Part shown: positions 8,557 through 17,306 of the stretch, in pieces
How the letters are laid out: each line of letters begins with the position of its first letter
Position numbering within the stretch: position 1 is the first letter of the stretch
Source of the DNA: a virus
Length of the DNA: 64,000 bases
Direction: 5' to 3' (one strand)
Virus record (IMG/VR): IMGVR_UViG_3300044568_003939
Made by a program: the position numbers and the translations under genes
Notes under the pieces: generated by a model
What the model was told of the DNA's origin: nothing
Seen by the model: the letters and a program-made list of their open reading frames with translations, nothing else
Database searches by the model: none

Positions 8557-9249
8557 ATGAAAACTAAAACCGTGAAAGAACTAAAAGAAAAAATCGAAGC
8601 AGAAGTCAAAGAAGATTTCGACTTTGAGCAACATCTGTTTAAAAAGTATCCGAGTCTTTTTTATACAGGAGAAGACGGCGAACTACTACCACAGTTTCAA
8701 AGATGCTGGAATGATTGCCCTAAAGGTTGGGAGACTCTCGTAGACAATCTTTGTGGAGCAATTGTAGACTATACCAAAAATACTTCTCGTTCGATTCCTA
8801 ATCCAAATAAGAAAACTATGCGCTTTTTCCAAAAAGCTTGGACACCTATTCGGATAAAAATTGATCAATGGTTTAACCCATATAAAAACTGTAAAATTGC
8901 TTTTACTTTGGAACAAAAACAAAAACTTAAAAATTCATTTGCTAGTAAAGTAAGAGCTGCAACCAGTAAGATTAGTCAATACTTTTACAATAAAGAGCTT
9001 TATGTCTATCAGAAACCACCAGCAGTAAAGGTTGACCAATATAAAGAAAAGTTTGGCACACTGAGATTTTATATTGATGGGGGTGATGAAACTGTTGAAG
9101 GTATGATTCGATTTGCGGAATATCTTAGTGGAAAGACCTGTCAGGAGACGGGTGAAGCAGGATCTACTGTTAGCAAAGGTGGCTGGTGGGCAACACTATC
9201 ACCGAAAGTAGCCAAGCGATTGGGTTACTCTTCAAAGAAGGAACAATAA
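8557..9249 (+). CDS. Hypothetical protein (KEKFGTLRFY family)
   Basis: Recognisable conserved phage motif. Confidence 0.75.
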   Translation: MKTKTVKELKEKIEAEVKEDFDFEQHLFKKYPSLFYTGEDGELLPQFQRCWNDCPKGWETLVDNLCGAIVDYTKNTSRSIPNPNKKTMRFFQKAWTPIRIKIDQWFNPYKNCKIAFTLEQKQKLKNSFASKVRAATSKISQYFYNKELYVYQKPPAVKVDQYKEKFGTLRFYIDGGDETVEGMIRFAEYLSGKTCQETGEAGSTVSKGGWWATLSPKVAKRLGYSSKKEQ

Positions 9250-9261
9250 TATAATAAAAGT
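9240..9261 (+). promoter_or_regulatory. GGAAC-N5-TATAAT promoter
   Basis: Identical to 817-838. Confidence 0.7.
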
Positions 9262-9582
9262 ATGCAAGAACAATACATTCACATTGGCAAATATGGTAGT
9301 AAGATTTTCTACAAAGACCGAGAAATGAAAATATGTCATCGTCTTGATGGTCCAGCAGTTGAAGATGGTGATGGATATAAAGCTTGGTATGTTGATGGTA
9401 AACTTCATCGTCTTGATGGTCCAGCAATTGAATGGGCTGATGGAAGTAAAGCATGGTATGTTGATGGTAAACTTCTATCAGAAGAAGCATTCAATGCTCT
9501 TACCAAGCCAATTGAGTTGACACTTGAAGACATTGCTGCTAAGTTTGGTGTTGATGTTGGTAAGATCAAGATTGTAAAGTGA
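9262..9582 (+). CDS. HRLDGPA repeat protein with ELTLEDIAAK C-terminal module
   Basis: Looks like a hybrid of the 839 N-terminus and the 353 C-terminus. Confidence 0.85.
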   Translation: MQEQYIHIGKYGSKIFYKDREMKICHRLDGPAVEDGDGYKAWYVDGKLHRLDGPAIEWADGSKAWYVDGKLLSEEAFNALTKPIELTLEDIAAKFGVDVGKIKIVK

Positions 9583-9602
9583 CAGGAACAATAATATAAT
9601 AA
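9514..9602 (+). repeat. 89-bp dispersed repeat copy 2
   Basis: Identical to 746-834. Confidence 0.95.
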
Positions 9603-9606
9603 TAGT

Positions 9607-9843
9607 ATGCTGAACAACACTATGAAAACCAAAATCTTTGACACTCTCATCTTGATCTCGATGATCATCCTCTTCGCCCTCGCTCATGTCTCACCACTGG
9701 TCGGCATCATCATGATGTCACTAGCAGGTAATATGGTGTATCAAATCCTAGGAGCGATCTTACAAGTAGTATCTATTGCTGGACTTGTATACATTCATTA
9801 CTGGAACGGCACATTCCGCTCCGATAAGAAAGACCTCGACTAA
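9607..9843 (+). CDS. Membrane protein
   Basis: Two to three hydrophobic helices. Confidence 0.7.
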   Translation: MLNNTMKTKIFDTLILISMIILFALAHVSPLVGIIMMSLAGNMVYQILGAILQVVSIAGLVYIHYWNGTFRSDKKDLD

Positions 9844-9861
9844 CACTAATATAATAATAAT

Positions 9862-10242
9862 ATGAAAACAACAATCGCACAACAATTAAAAATCAAAGAC
9901 TTTCCATTCGTCATCAAGGATAAAGATGGCAATACAATCTATCTCGAAAAATCCACTGGTTATTGGGACAAAAGTGAACGTGATGCACATGGCAATGAAA
10001 TCCGTTTCGAAAACTTCACTGGTTATTGGAGCAAAAGAGAATATGATGCCAATGGCAATGAAATTTATTACGAAAACTCCAATGGTTATTGGAGCAAAAG
10101 AGAATATGATGCCAATGAAATTTATTGGGAAAACTCCAATGGAAAAATCATTGACAAACGCCCAAAAGTGGTGGAGCTAACACTCCAAGACATTGCTGCT
10201 AAGTTTGGTGTTGATGTTGGTAAGATCAAAATTGTAAAGTGA
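9862..10242 (+). CDS. YDANGNEIYYENSNGYW repeat protein with ELTLQDIAAK C-terminal module
   Basis: A different repeat family carrying the same C-terminal module. Confidence 0.85.
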   Translation: MKTTIAQQLKIKDFPFVIKDKDGNTIYLEKSTGYWDKSERDAHGNEIRFENFTGYWSKREYDANGNEIYYENSNGYWSKREYDANEIYWENSNGKIIDKRPKVVELTLQDIAAKFGVDVGKIKIVK

Positions 10243-10260
10243 CGGGAACAATAATATAAT
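10174..10260 (+). repeat. Dispersed repeat copy 3 including GGAAC-N5-TATAAT
   Basis: About 6 mismatches to copies 1 and 2. Confidence 0.9.
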
Positions 10261-10452
10261 ATGCGATACTATATTGAAGGTAACAATGTGTTTTTTCCAA
10301 AACATGGCTTTGTTTTTCATTGTAGTTTCGCAGAAGTATATCGAAATTATTCCACTATAAACGCTAGACGAAAGCTGAAAAAGAGTTACACAAAATCACA
10401 ACAGGATGACATCATCCACTATTTAAAAGATCAAAAATATATTACAATATGA
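10261..10452 (+). CDS. Hypothetical protein (ARRKLKKxYTK family)
   Basis: Paralog of the 30820 gene. Confidence 0.7.
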   Translation: MRYYIEGNNVFFPKHGFVFHCSFAEVYRNYSTINARRKLKKSYTKSQQDDIIHYLKDQKYITI

Positions 10453-11135
10453 GCAATCCAATTTACATTATCGGAGACATCCACGGCGCATTTAATCGTC
10501 TAATGAAGAAAGTTACTGACCTCGATTTGCGCGACTGCACATTGATTTGTGTTGGTGATCTTGGTATGGGATTTAACTATTCACCAGAGGGCGAACGTAA
10601 AGGTTGCTTCCTTATGAATGAATTTTTTGAAGAGCGAAATATGATATTTATGTCGATTCGCGGCAATCATGATGATCCACAATATTTTAATGGTTCTGAT
10701 CGAATTGACCTGAGCCACTTTAAATTGCTGCCTGACTATCATACCGAAACGATCAACGGAGAAAAATTCTTGTTTGTCGGCGGAGCAGTAAGCATTGATC
10801 GAGTCTTTCGAAAAGAAGGTTTAAGTTACTGGAGTGATGAAGTATTCGTACTAAAACCAGAACTGGTTGAGAAGTGTGACGTTCTTATTACGCATTCTAC
10901 GCCAAGTTGGATCGGCCCCTTTGATAAGGAAGGTCTTAGCGGTTGGTGCGAAAAAGATCCTACGCTCTGGGACTTATGCTATAAAGAGCGTATTGAACAT
11001 AGCGAATTGATTAAACTCTGTCAGCCATCAAAATCATATCATGGCCATTTTCACGAAAGTCATTGGGTTGACTTTGCTGAATGTTATTCTACAATTTTAG
11101 CGATTGAGGAAATAAAAGAGCATCGAAAAGCTTAA
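10449..11135 (+). CDS. Calcineurin-like metallophosphoesterase
   Basis: GDIHG, VGDLG, RGNHD, ITH and GHFH motifs. Confidence 0.9.
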   Translation: MSNPIYIIGDIHGAFNRLMKKVTDLDLRDCTLICVGDLGMGFNYSPEGERKGCFLMNEFFEERNMIFMSIRGNHDDPQYFNGSDRIDLSHFKLLPDYHTETINGEKFLFVGGAVSIDRVFRKEGLSYWSDEVFVLKPELVEKCDVLITHSTPSWIGPFDKEGLSGWCEKDPTLWDLCYKERIEHSELIKLCQPSKSYHGHFHESHWVDFAECYSTILAIEEIKEHRKA

Positions 11136-11158
11136 CAACTAACATATATTTTACACAC

Positions 11159-11977
11159 ATGATTACATCACAAATTGTTGCTGACAGCATTGCTCCTAAC
11201 GGCAAACGTATTACTACGTTTGAACTTGAATACCCGCGATTCATTCACAGTGAATTTATGACGCATCGTGCATTAAGCCGCAATGCAGCTAGCAGCAGAG
11301 CAATACCTGTAAGTGCTATGTTGTCGCGCATCTGGGAAGAACCGGCAGTTCCTGTACATTGGGGACGCAACGCGAGTGGCATGCAAGCCGCTGAAGAATT
11401 GCAAGGATGGCGGAAAGCATGCGCAGAATGTCTATGGGACTTGAGCGGGCGTGTGACATGCGGCTTTGCATGGCTTCTATCTAAAATTGGTGCACACAAA
11501 CAAATTGTGAATCGTATAGTTGAGCCGTGGAGCCACATCAAGGTTGTTGCTACCGCAACCGAATGGGATAACTTTTTTTACTTGCGCAATCATCCAGATG
11601 CACAGCCTGAGATTCATGAACTTGCGGTATATATGTATGATGACTATCTGCACAGCAAACCCAAGTTGTTAAAAGCTGGTGAATGGCACCTGCCGTATGT
11701 TCCTGATTATACTAACTCTGACATATCACTTGAAGATGCGTTGAAACTTAGTGCTAGCTTGTGTGCTCAGGTGTCATATCGTAAAGCAGATCAAAGCGTA
11801 AAGAAGGCGCTGTTCATTTATGACCGATTGGTTGCTAGCAAACCAGTTCATGCATCGCCATTTGAGCATCAAGCATCTCCTGCTCCTAAGAAAGGTGACC
11901 GTAGTGGTAATTTTGTGGGATGGCTGCAGTACCGTCAACAGATTGCTGACAATGTTTGCTCCTCATACAAGTCCTAA
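11159..11977 (+). CDS. thyX: FAD-dependent thymidylate synthase
   Basis: THR..SRNAASSRA, HPDAQPEI and HASPFEHQ motifs. Confidence 0.85.
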   Translation: MITSQIVADSIAPNGKRITTFELEYPRFIHSEFMTHRALSRNAASSRAIPVSAMLSRIWEEPAVPVHWGRNASGMQAAEELQGWRKACAECLWDLSGRVTCGFAWLLSKIGAHKQIVNRIVEPWSHIKVVATATEWDNFFYLRNHPDAQPEIHELAVYMYDDYLHSKPKLLKAGEWHLPYVPDYTNSDISLEDALKLSASLCAQVSYRKADQSVKKALFIYDRLVASKPVHASPFEHQASPAPKKGDRSGNFVGWLQYRQQIADNVCSSYKS

Positions 11978-12005
11978 AATACGCCTCGGTTTTTAAGAAA
12001 AAGCC

Positions 12006-12158
12006 GTAACTAGTTGACAGTCAACGTGCATTAAAATGCCGATTTATTTGTGTAACTTGTTGATTTTCAACGGTTAGTAAATAAATCCCATTTTAATGCA
12101 TTTTTTATTTACATTCTCGGTAGTTTGTGGTACAATAATCCTGTAAGGAAACCACAAT
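12006..12158 (+). promoter_or_regulatory. Early promoter cassette with two 20-bp upstream motifs
   Basis: Motifs at 12006 and 12052; TTTACA at 12108, TACAAT at 12131. Confidence 0.8.
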
Positions 12159-12365
12159 ATGAAAGATTCTCAACAACTACTCGCTGACATTAAGGACGCT
12201 GAACGTGCCTTTGATGATGCCGCAACACACCTGTGCAGGTTGCTGTTTGCAGTCTCAACAAGTGAGCAGCTTAAAGATCGCTCACTACTATACGGCGAAT
12301 TTCTTGACAGCATCCATGCCGATATTAAAAAAGCATTTCCGAACAATTACTTTCCAAACTTCTAA
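12159..12365 (+). CDS. Hypothetical protein
   Basis: ORF after early promoter. Confidence 0.7.
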   Translation: MKDSQQLLADIKDAERAFDDAATHLCRLLFAVSTSEQLKDRSLLYGEFLDSIHADIKKAFPNNYFPNF

Positions 12366-12366
12366 T

Positions 12367-12510
12367 ATGAATCCATACGACACCATTATTGCGCGCTACT
12401 ATGAATTGCTCAACAGCAAAACTCCACTCATCATGAGTGAAGAAGCAGAATTCCGTGACATTTGCACAACGCTTCTGGGCTTCTTCTTGGAACAAAACAA
12501 GAATCGTTAA
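12367..12510 (+). CDS. Hypothetical protein
   Basis: MNPYDT start just after upstream stop. Confidence 0.55.
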   Translation: MNPYDTIIARYYELLNSKTPLIMSEEAEFRDICTTLLGFFLEQNKNR

Positions 12511-12593
12511 TATGCCTCTTGATTATGACTCGCTATCCGAAGCTGACCTTTGGGATCTAACTGACTACTATTACTCTATAACACAATAAACAT

Positions 12594-12977
12594 ATGGGAC
12601 TTGACATGTACTTTACGCGGGAGCCAAAAGCAAAGAGCTCTAAGGATAGCCGCCGCTATACAAGCGAGGTTGGATATTTCCGCAAACACAATGCGCTTCA
12701 TGGCTGGCTAGTTGACAATGCACAAGGTGGCCTTGACGAATGTCAGCGAGTCGAACTCTCACATGAACTCCTAACCAAACTGTCCAGCTTGGTGGAAACT
12801 GCTCTGCAAACGCGAGAAGACACATTGTTTCCACCAGTCGCTGGTTTCTTCTTTGGACACAATACTGTTGATGAATGGTATTGGTCAAAGATGGCTGACA
12901 CAGATGAAACTCTAAAAACCATCATCAACACAACTGACTTTGAAACTGAAAGCGTATACTATCAAAGTAGTTGGTAA
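12594..12977 (+). CDS. Conserved phage hypothetical protein (MGLDMY...YFRKHNALHGW)
   Basis: Recognisable widespread motif. Confidence 0.8.
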   Translation: MGLDMYFTREPKAKSSKDSRRYTSEVGYFRKHNALHGWLVDNAQGGLDECQRVELSHELLTKLSSLVETALQTREDTLFPPVAGFFFGHNTVDEWYWSKMADTDETLKTIINTTDFETESVYYQSSW

Positions 12978-12995
12978 ACACAGATATATAAAAAT

Positions 12996-14114
12996 ATGAG
13001 ATTTCACCTGTTAGGATTACCGCACACGGTATCAAATAAAGATTATGTTGCGTGCGCATATACGCAAAAAGTTGTCAAGTTTGGCAAGATGATGAAAGCA
13101 CTTGGCCATACAATTATTCATTATGGTCATGAAGATAGCGATCTTGAATGCGATGAACATGTTACAGTAACTACCAATCGTGACCTTGAAATTGCTTATG
13201 GCAATTATGATTGGCGTGCTAACTTCTTTAAGTATGATCCCGAAGATCATGCATATCAAACATTTTATGGCAATGCTATTCGAGAAATTTCTGCGCGCAA
13301 ACAGAAGAATGATTTCTTGCTTCCATTTTGGGGCAGCGGTGTTAGACCAATTTGTGATGCGCATAGTGATATGATTGTAGTTGAGCCTGGTATTGGTTAT
13401 GGTGACGGACATTGGGCTAAGTTTAAGATCTTTGAAAGTTATGCAATTTATCATGCATATTGTGGTTTGCAGAGTGCAGTAGAATGTAAACAAAGTTGGA
13501 GAGAAGTAGTTATTCCAAACTACTTTGATGTCAATGACTTTAAGTATAACGCAAAGAAAGAAGATTACTTTCTTTATCTTGGGCGTGTATATGATGGCAA
13601 AGGTGTTAACATTGCTATTGATGCTACTCAACGTGCTGGTGTTAAACTTGTGATTGCGGGGCAAAAAGAAAAAGGTTATAAGTTGCCTGCTCATGTTGAA
13701 TATGTTGGTTATGCTGATACTGAAAAGCGCAAAGAACTTATGAGTAAAGCAAAAGCTAGTTTCTTACCTAGCATTTATCTTGAGCCGTTTGGTGGAGTTC
13801 AAATCGAAAACCTGTTAAGTGGCACACCAACCATTACCACCGACTGGGGAGCTTTTGCCGAAAATAATTTGCATGGCATTACTGGTTATCGTTGCAGAGT
13901 AATGCAAGACTTTATTGACGCTATTCATCGTATCGACGAAATTAAACCTAAAGATTGTCGTGTATGGGGTGAAAACTTTAGTCTTGAAAAGGTTGCTCTT
14001 ATGTATGAAAAGTATTTTGTTGATGTTCTTAATATGTACACAGGCAAAGGTTTTTATGATGAGAAAACCAAAGGCATCGATTGGCTTACTAAAAAATATC
14101 CTAAGAGCAAATGA
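12996..14114 (+). CDS. GT-B glycosyltransferase (GT4-like)
   Basis: LYLGR...KG and EPFGGVQIE...GTPTITTDWG motifs. Confidence 0.9.
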   Translation: MRFHLLGLPHTVSNKDYVACAYTQKVVKFGKMMKALGHTIIHYGHEDSDLECDEHVTVTTNRDLEIAYGNYDWRANFFKYDPEDHAYQTFYGNAIREISARKQKNDFLLPFWGSGVRPICDAHSDMIVVEPGIGYGDGHWAKFKIFESYAIYHAYCGLQSAVECKQSWREVVIPNYFDVNDFKYNAKKEDYFLYLGRVYDGKGVNIAIDATQRAGVKLVIAGQKEKGYKLPAHVEYVGYADTEKRKELMSKAKASFLPSIYLEPFGGVQIENLLSGTPTITTDWGAFAENNLHGITGYRCRVMQDFIDAIHRIDEIKPKDCRVWGENFSLEKVALMYEKYFVDVLNMYTGKGFYDEKTKGIDWLTKKYPKSK

Positions 14115-14821
14115 AGAAGAATGTAGCGTTATGTTATAGCGGTCAAATCCGCAATTTTAAAGAGTGTTGGCCAACACACCTTAAACATATTATTCAATGC
14201 AATCGAGACCGCTATAACTTTTATATTTTTGGCCACTTTTGGAATGACAACTCTTTGCATGGCCAAAATTATTGGCCTGAGATTGCTGATCGTGATGGTT
14301 ATAGTTTAGCCAACGTATTATCATTTATTGATTGCAATCCCGACTCTTACATTTGCGAAAAACCTATAGACTTTAAAAGTACCTTGATACCCGACTCAAG
14401 GTTTCCTCATCCAATACAAAATACGCTGTCGATGTTTTCTTCAATGAATGGAGTTAATCTCGTCAAAAATGCTTTTGCATATAAACGCAATTTAAAGTTT
14501 GATATTACATTACGCTTAAGAACAGATTTGTATTTTTCGCAAAATTTAGATTTTAATAAATTTGATGAAAAATATGTATATGTAAATGCAGACTATTATT
14601 ATCAACATACTGAATATAGCGTGAATGATATTTTTGCAATTGGTAATGATGTGAATATGTGTAAGTACTTTTCAGTGTTTCAAAACATCAATCAGTTGGT
14701 AGCTGAAGGTTGTGCAATCAATCCTGAATGCTTTTTGGGTTTTAACTTGCAGAGACACGGCGTGCCAATACATAAAATTGAGATGCAGGACATTGCATAT
14801 AAATTGTTTAGACATGTATGA
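14111..14821 (+). CDS. Putative glycosyltransferase-like protein (ALCYSGQIR...RLRTD)
   Basis: Motif family typical of phage glycan clusters; paralog of 16170. Confidence 0.65.
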   Translation: MKKNVALCYSGQIRNFKECWPTHLKHIIQCNRDRYNFYIFGHFWNDNSLHGQNYWPEIADRDGYSLANVLSFIDCNPDSYICEKPIDFKSTLIPDSRFPHPIQNTLSMFSSMNGVNLVKNAFAYKRNLKFDITLRLRTDLYFSQNLDFNKFDEKYVYVNADYYYQHTEYSVNDIFAIGNDVNMCKYFSVFQNINQLVAEGCAINPECFLGFNLQRHGVPIHKIEMQDIAYKLFRHV

Positions 14822-16173
14822 TTAAACTTATTATTTTTGACCTGGATGGCGTATTGGTAGATGCAAAGAAAATACATTATGATACGCTTAACCAAGCTCT
14901 TTACCAAATAGGTAAGCAGTATATTATAAGTGAAGCTGAACATTTGGCTGTTTATGATGGTCTTAAAACATTTGAAAAGTTAAACATACTTTCACAACGA
15001 AAAGCATTACCTATAGGAACGCACCAAACGGTTTGGGAAGAAAAACAAAGATTAACAATTGAAGCAATTTCACAATTGCAGTCTGACGCTAAACTTATTG
15101 GGATGTGTAGGCAGTTACGTGATGATGGTTTTAAACTTGCGTGTTGCAGCAACAGTATTCGCCGTAGTGTATTTGTAATGCTATCACGCCTTGGTATAGC
15201 TGAACATATGGATTTGATATATTCCAACGAAGATGTAAGACATGGCAAGCCTCATCCTGAAATATATTGGGCTGCAATGAGTGCTCTTGGATTGTTGCCT
15301 GAAGATACTCTTGTGGTTGAAGATAGCCCGCACGGATTGTTGGCTGCACAGCGTTGTGGTGCTGATGTATTGCGCGTTAAGAATTCCCAGGATCTCACAT
15401 TGCAAAAAATACAAACACACCTAAAAAGAAAAGACACTCTTATGAATACAACATGGCAAGATAAAAATTTAAATGTACTTATACCTATGGCTGGTGCAGG
15501 CAGTCGATTTGAAAAGGCTGGCTATACATTCCCAAAACCATTGATTAGTGTACATGGTTCACCTATGATTAAAGTGGTTGTTGATAACTTAAACTTTGAT
15601 GCACACCACATTTTCATTGCACAACGAGAGCATCGCGAAAAATACAATCTTACTTCATTGCTAGGTTTAATCTCTAAGGATTGCGACATTATTGATGTTG
15701 ATGGATTGACTGAAGGAGCATGTTGTACTACATTGCTAGCCAAGCATCTTATTGACAACGACTCTCCATTACTTATTGCTAACAGTGATCAGTATCTTGA
15801 TTGGAACACAAGTGAGTTTATGTACAAGATGCAAGAACAGGATGTTGATGCTGGTATGGTTACATTCCGCTCAACACATCCAAAATGGAGTTTTGCACGA
15901 ATTGATAGCGATGGATATGTAACAGAGGTTGCCGAAAAGAATCCTATTAGTGATATTGCTACTGCTGGAATTTACTACTGGAAACATGGACGCGACTATG
16001 TACGATATGCGGAACAAATGATTGCGAAAGAGATTCGTTTTAACAATGAATTTTATGTATGTCCAGTATTCAATCAGGCCGTTGCAGATGGTAAGAGAAT
16101 TAAAACATATGATATTGATGGTATGTGGGGGATTGGAACACCTGAAGACTTAAACACATTTTTAACACGATGA
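14818..16173 (+). CDS. HAD phosphatase fused to sugar-nucleotidyltransferase
   Basis: FDLDGVL, GKPHPE and VEDS motifs followed by IPMAGAGSRF...PKPL. Confidence 0.9.
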   Translation: MIKLIIFDLDGVLVDAKKIHYDTLNQALYQIGKQYIISEAEHLAVYDGLKTFEKLNILSQRKALPIGTHQTVWEEKQRLTIEAISQLQSDAKLIGMCRQLRDDGFKLACCSNSIRRSVFVMLSRLGIAEHMDLIYSNEDVRHGKPHPEIYWAAMSALGLLPEDTLVVEDSPHGLLAAQRCGADVLRVKNSQDLTLQKIQTHLKRKDTLMNTTWQDKNLNVLIPMAGAGSRFEKAGYTFPKPLISVHGSPMIKVVVDNLNFDAHHIFIAQREHREKYNLTSLLGLISKDCDIIDVDGLTEGACCTTLLAKHLIDNDSPLLIANSDQYLDWNTSEFMYKMQEQDVDAGMVTFRSTHPKWSFARIDSDGYVTEVAEKNPISDIATAGIYYWKHGRDYVRYAEQMIAKEIRFNNEFYVCPVFNQAVADGKRIKTYDIDGMWGIGTPEDLNTFLTR

Positions 16174-16886
16174 AGGTAGCAATATTATTTTTTGGCCAAC
16201 CGCGTTTTATTGAAAATGCTCAGGTATTACATACATATAAAAATCTTATAAAAAGATATGATGCTGATGTATTTTGTCATGTGTGGTGGGAAGAATCTGG
16301 CATTTACGAAACAGCAACATGTAGTACATTAAATGGATGCCGCATTCACAAAAATGCAATAGATATAATTAAAGAAAATTATAGGCCAAAAGTTATTGAT
16401 GTAGAACAGTCTCGTAAATTTTTTATGCCTATTCAAGTTAAACAGTTTCTTGATGCAAAATTTACGAATAGATTTGAACATTGGAATGAGCGTAATTATG
16501 GATGTGTGTTATCACAATTGTATAGTATTCAAAGTGTTTCACGATTGTTTGAGCAGTATGAAAAAGAAAATAATCAGAAGTATGATTGGATCTTCTTGGT
16601 ACGATATGATGGCTATATTCACGCATTACCTAGATTAGATCATCCAAAATTGCCACAAGATAAATTTTATATTTCAGATCATCATCCTAATTTTCCTGAT
16701 TTGGTTTTTTGTTACTCACGACGTTTTTGTGATTGGTCGTCAAATGTGTTCGACGACATATCTAGTGTATATCATACAATATGGGAACCATCTGCTGAAG
16801 CGTTTAAGAGTGGTAGCTTTTACAAAAGATTTACTGCACATGATATAATGCCTACACATATGAAGTGCGATATCATAAGAAATTAG
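16170..16886 (+). CDS. Putative glycosyltransferase-like protein (AILFFGQPR...RYD)
   Basis: Paralog of the 14111 gene. Confidence 0.65.
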   Translation: MKVAILFFGQPRFIENAQVLHTYKNLIKRYDADVFCHVWWEESGIYETATCSTLNGCRIHKNAIDIIKENYRPKVIDVEQSRKFFMPIQVKQFLDAKFTNRFEHWNERNYGCVLSQLYSIQSVSRLFEQYEKENNQKYDWIFLVRYDGYIHALPRLDHPKLPQDKFYISDHHPNFPDLVFCYSRRFCDWSSNVFDDISSVYHTIWEPSAEAFKSGSFYKRFTAHDIMPTHMKCDIIRN

Positions 16887-16897
16887 AGCCGCATTAT

Positions 16898-16905
16898 TAT
16901 AAATA
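16898..16905 (+). promoter_or_regulatory. T4-type late promoter TATAAATA
   Basis: Exact consensus in an intergenic region. Confidence 0.7.
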
Positions 16906-16963
16906 AACTCGATTACGCATGTTCTAGTGAACATGCAACTAATCACAACCAAAATATAAAAAT

Positions 16964-17146
16964 ATGGAAGTAATTATCTCACTGATCGAAAACCAACCAT
17001 GGTTTGTCATTGTTTCCGCTGTAGTCACACTTGCAAGTGCAATTGCTGCAGCAACACCAACTCCACAAGCTGGTACGGTATTAGCCAAAATTTATAGTGT
17101 TATCGACCTGTTAGCACTTAACATTGGAAAAGCAAAGCAAAAATAA
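16964..17146 (+). CDS. Small membrane protein, holin-like
   Basis: TM helix, basic C-terminus, late promoter. Confidence 0.55.
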   Translation: MEVIISLIENQPWFVIVSAVVTLASAIAAATPTPQAGTVLAKIYSVIDLLALNIGKAKQK

Positions 17147-17150
17147 TTTG

Positions 17151-17265
17151 ATCTGCTCTTGCAGATACTTTATTTTAATTTACATATGATGCAGTACGCA
17201 TCCGAAAAATTGCCGATGCATCTTCTTAGGGTACCCCGCCCTGGGTTCCGATGCATCGGCAGTTT
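17151..17265 (+). other. Multi-hairpin structured region upstream of phoH (terminator or attenuator)
   Basis: Hairpins at 17151-17166 and 17188-17202; 16-bp stem 17207-17222/17250-17265. Confidence 0.65.
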
Positions 17266-17306
17266 AGTTTTATAAGACAATCTCATTAAACAAACAACCA
17301 AACAAT

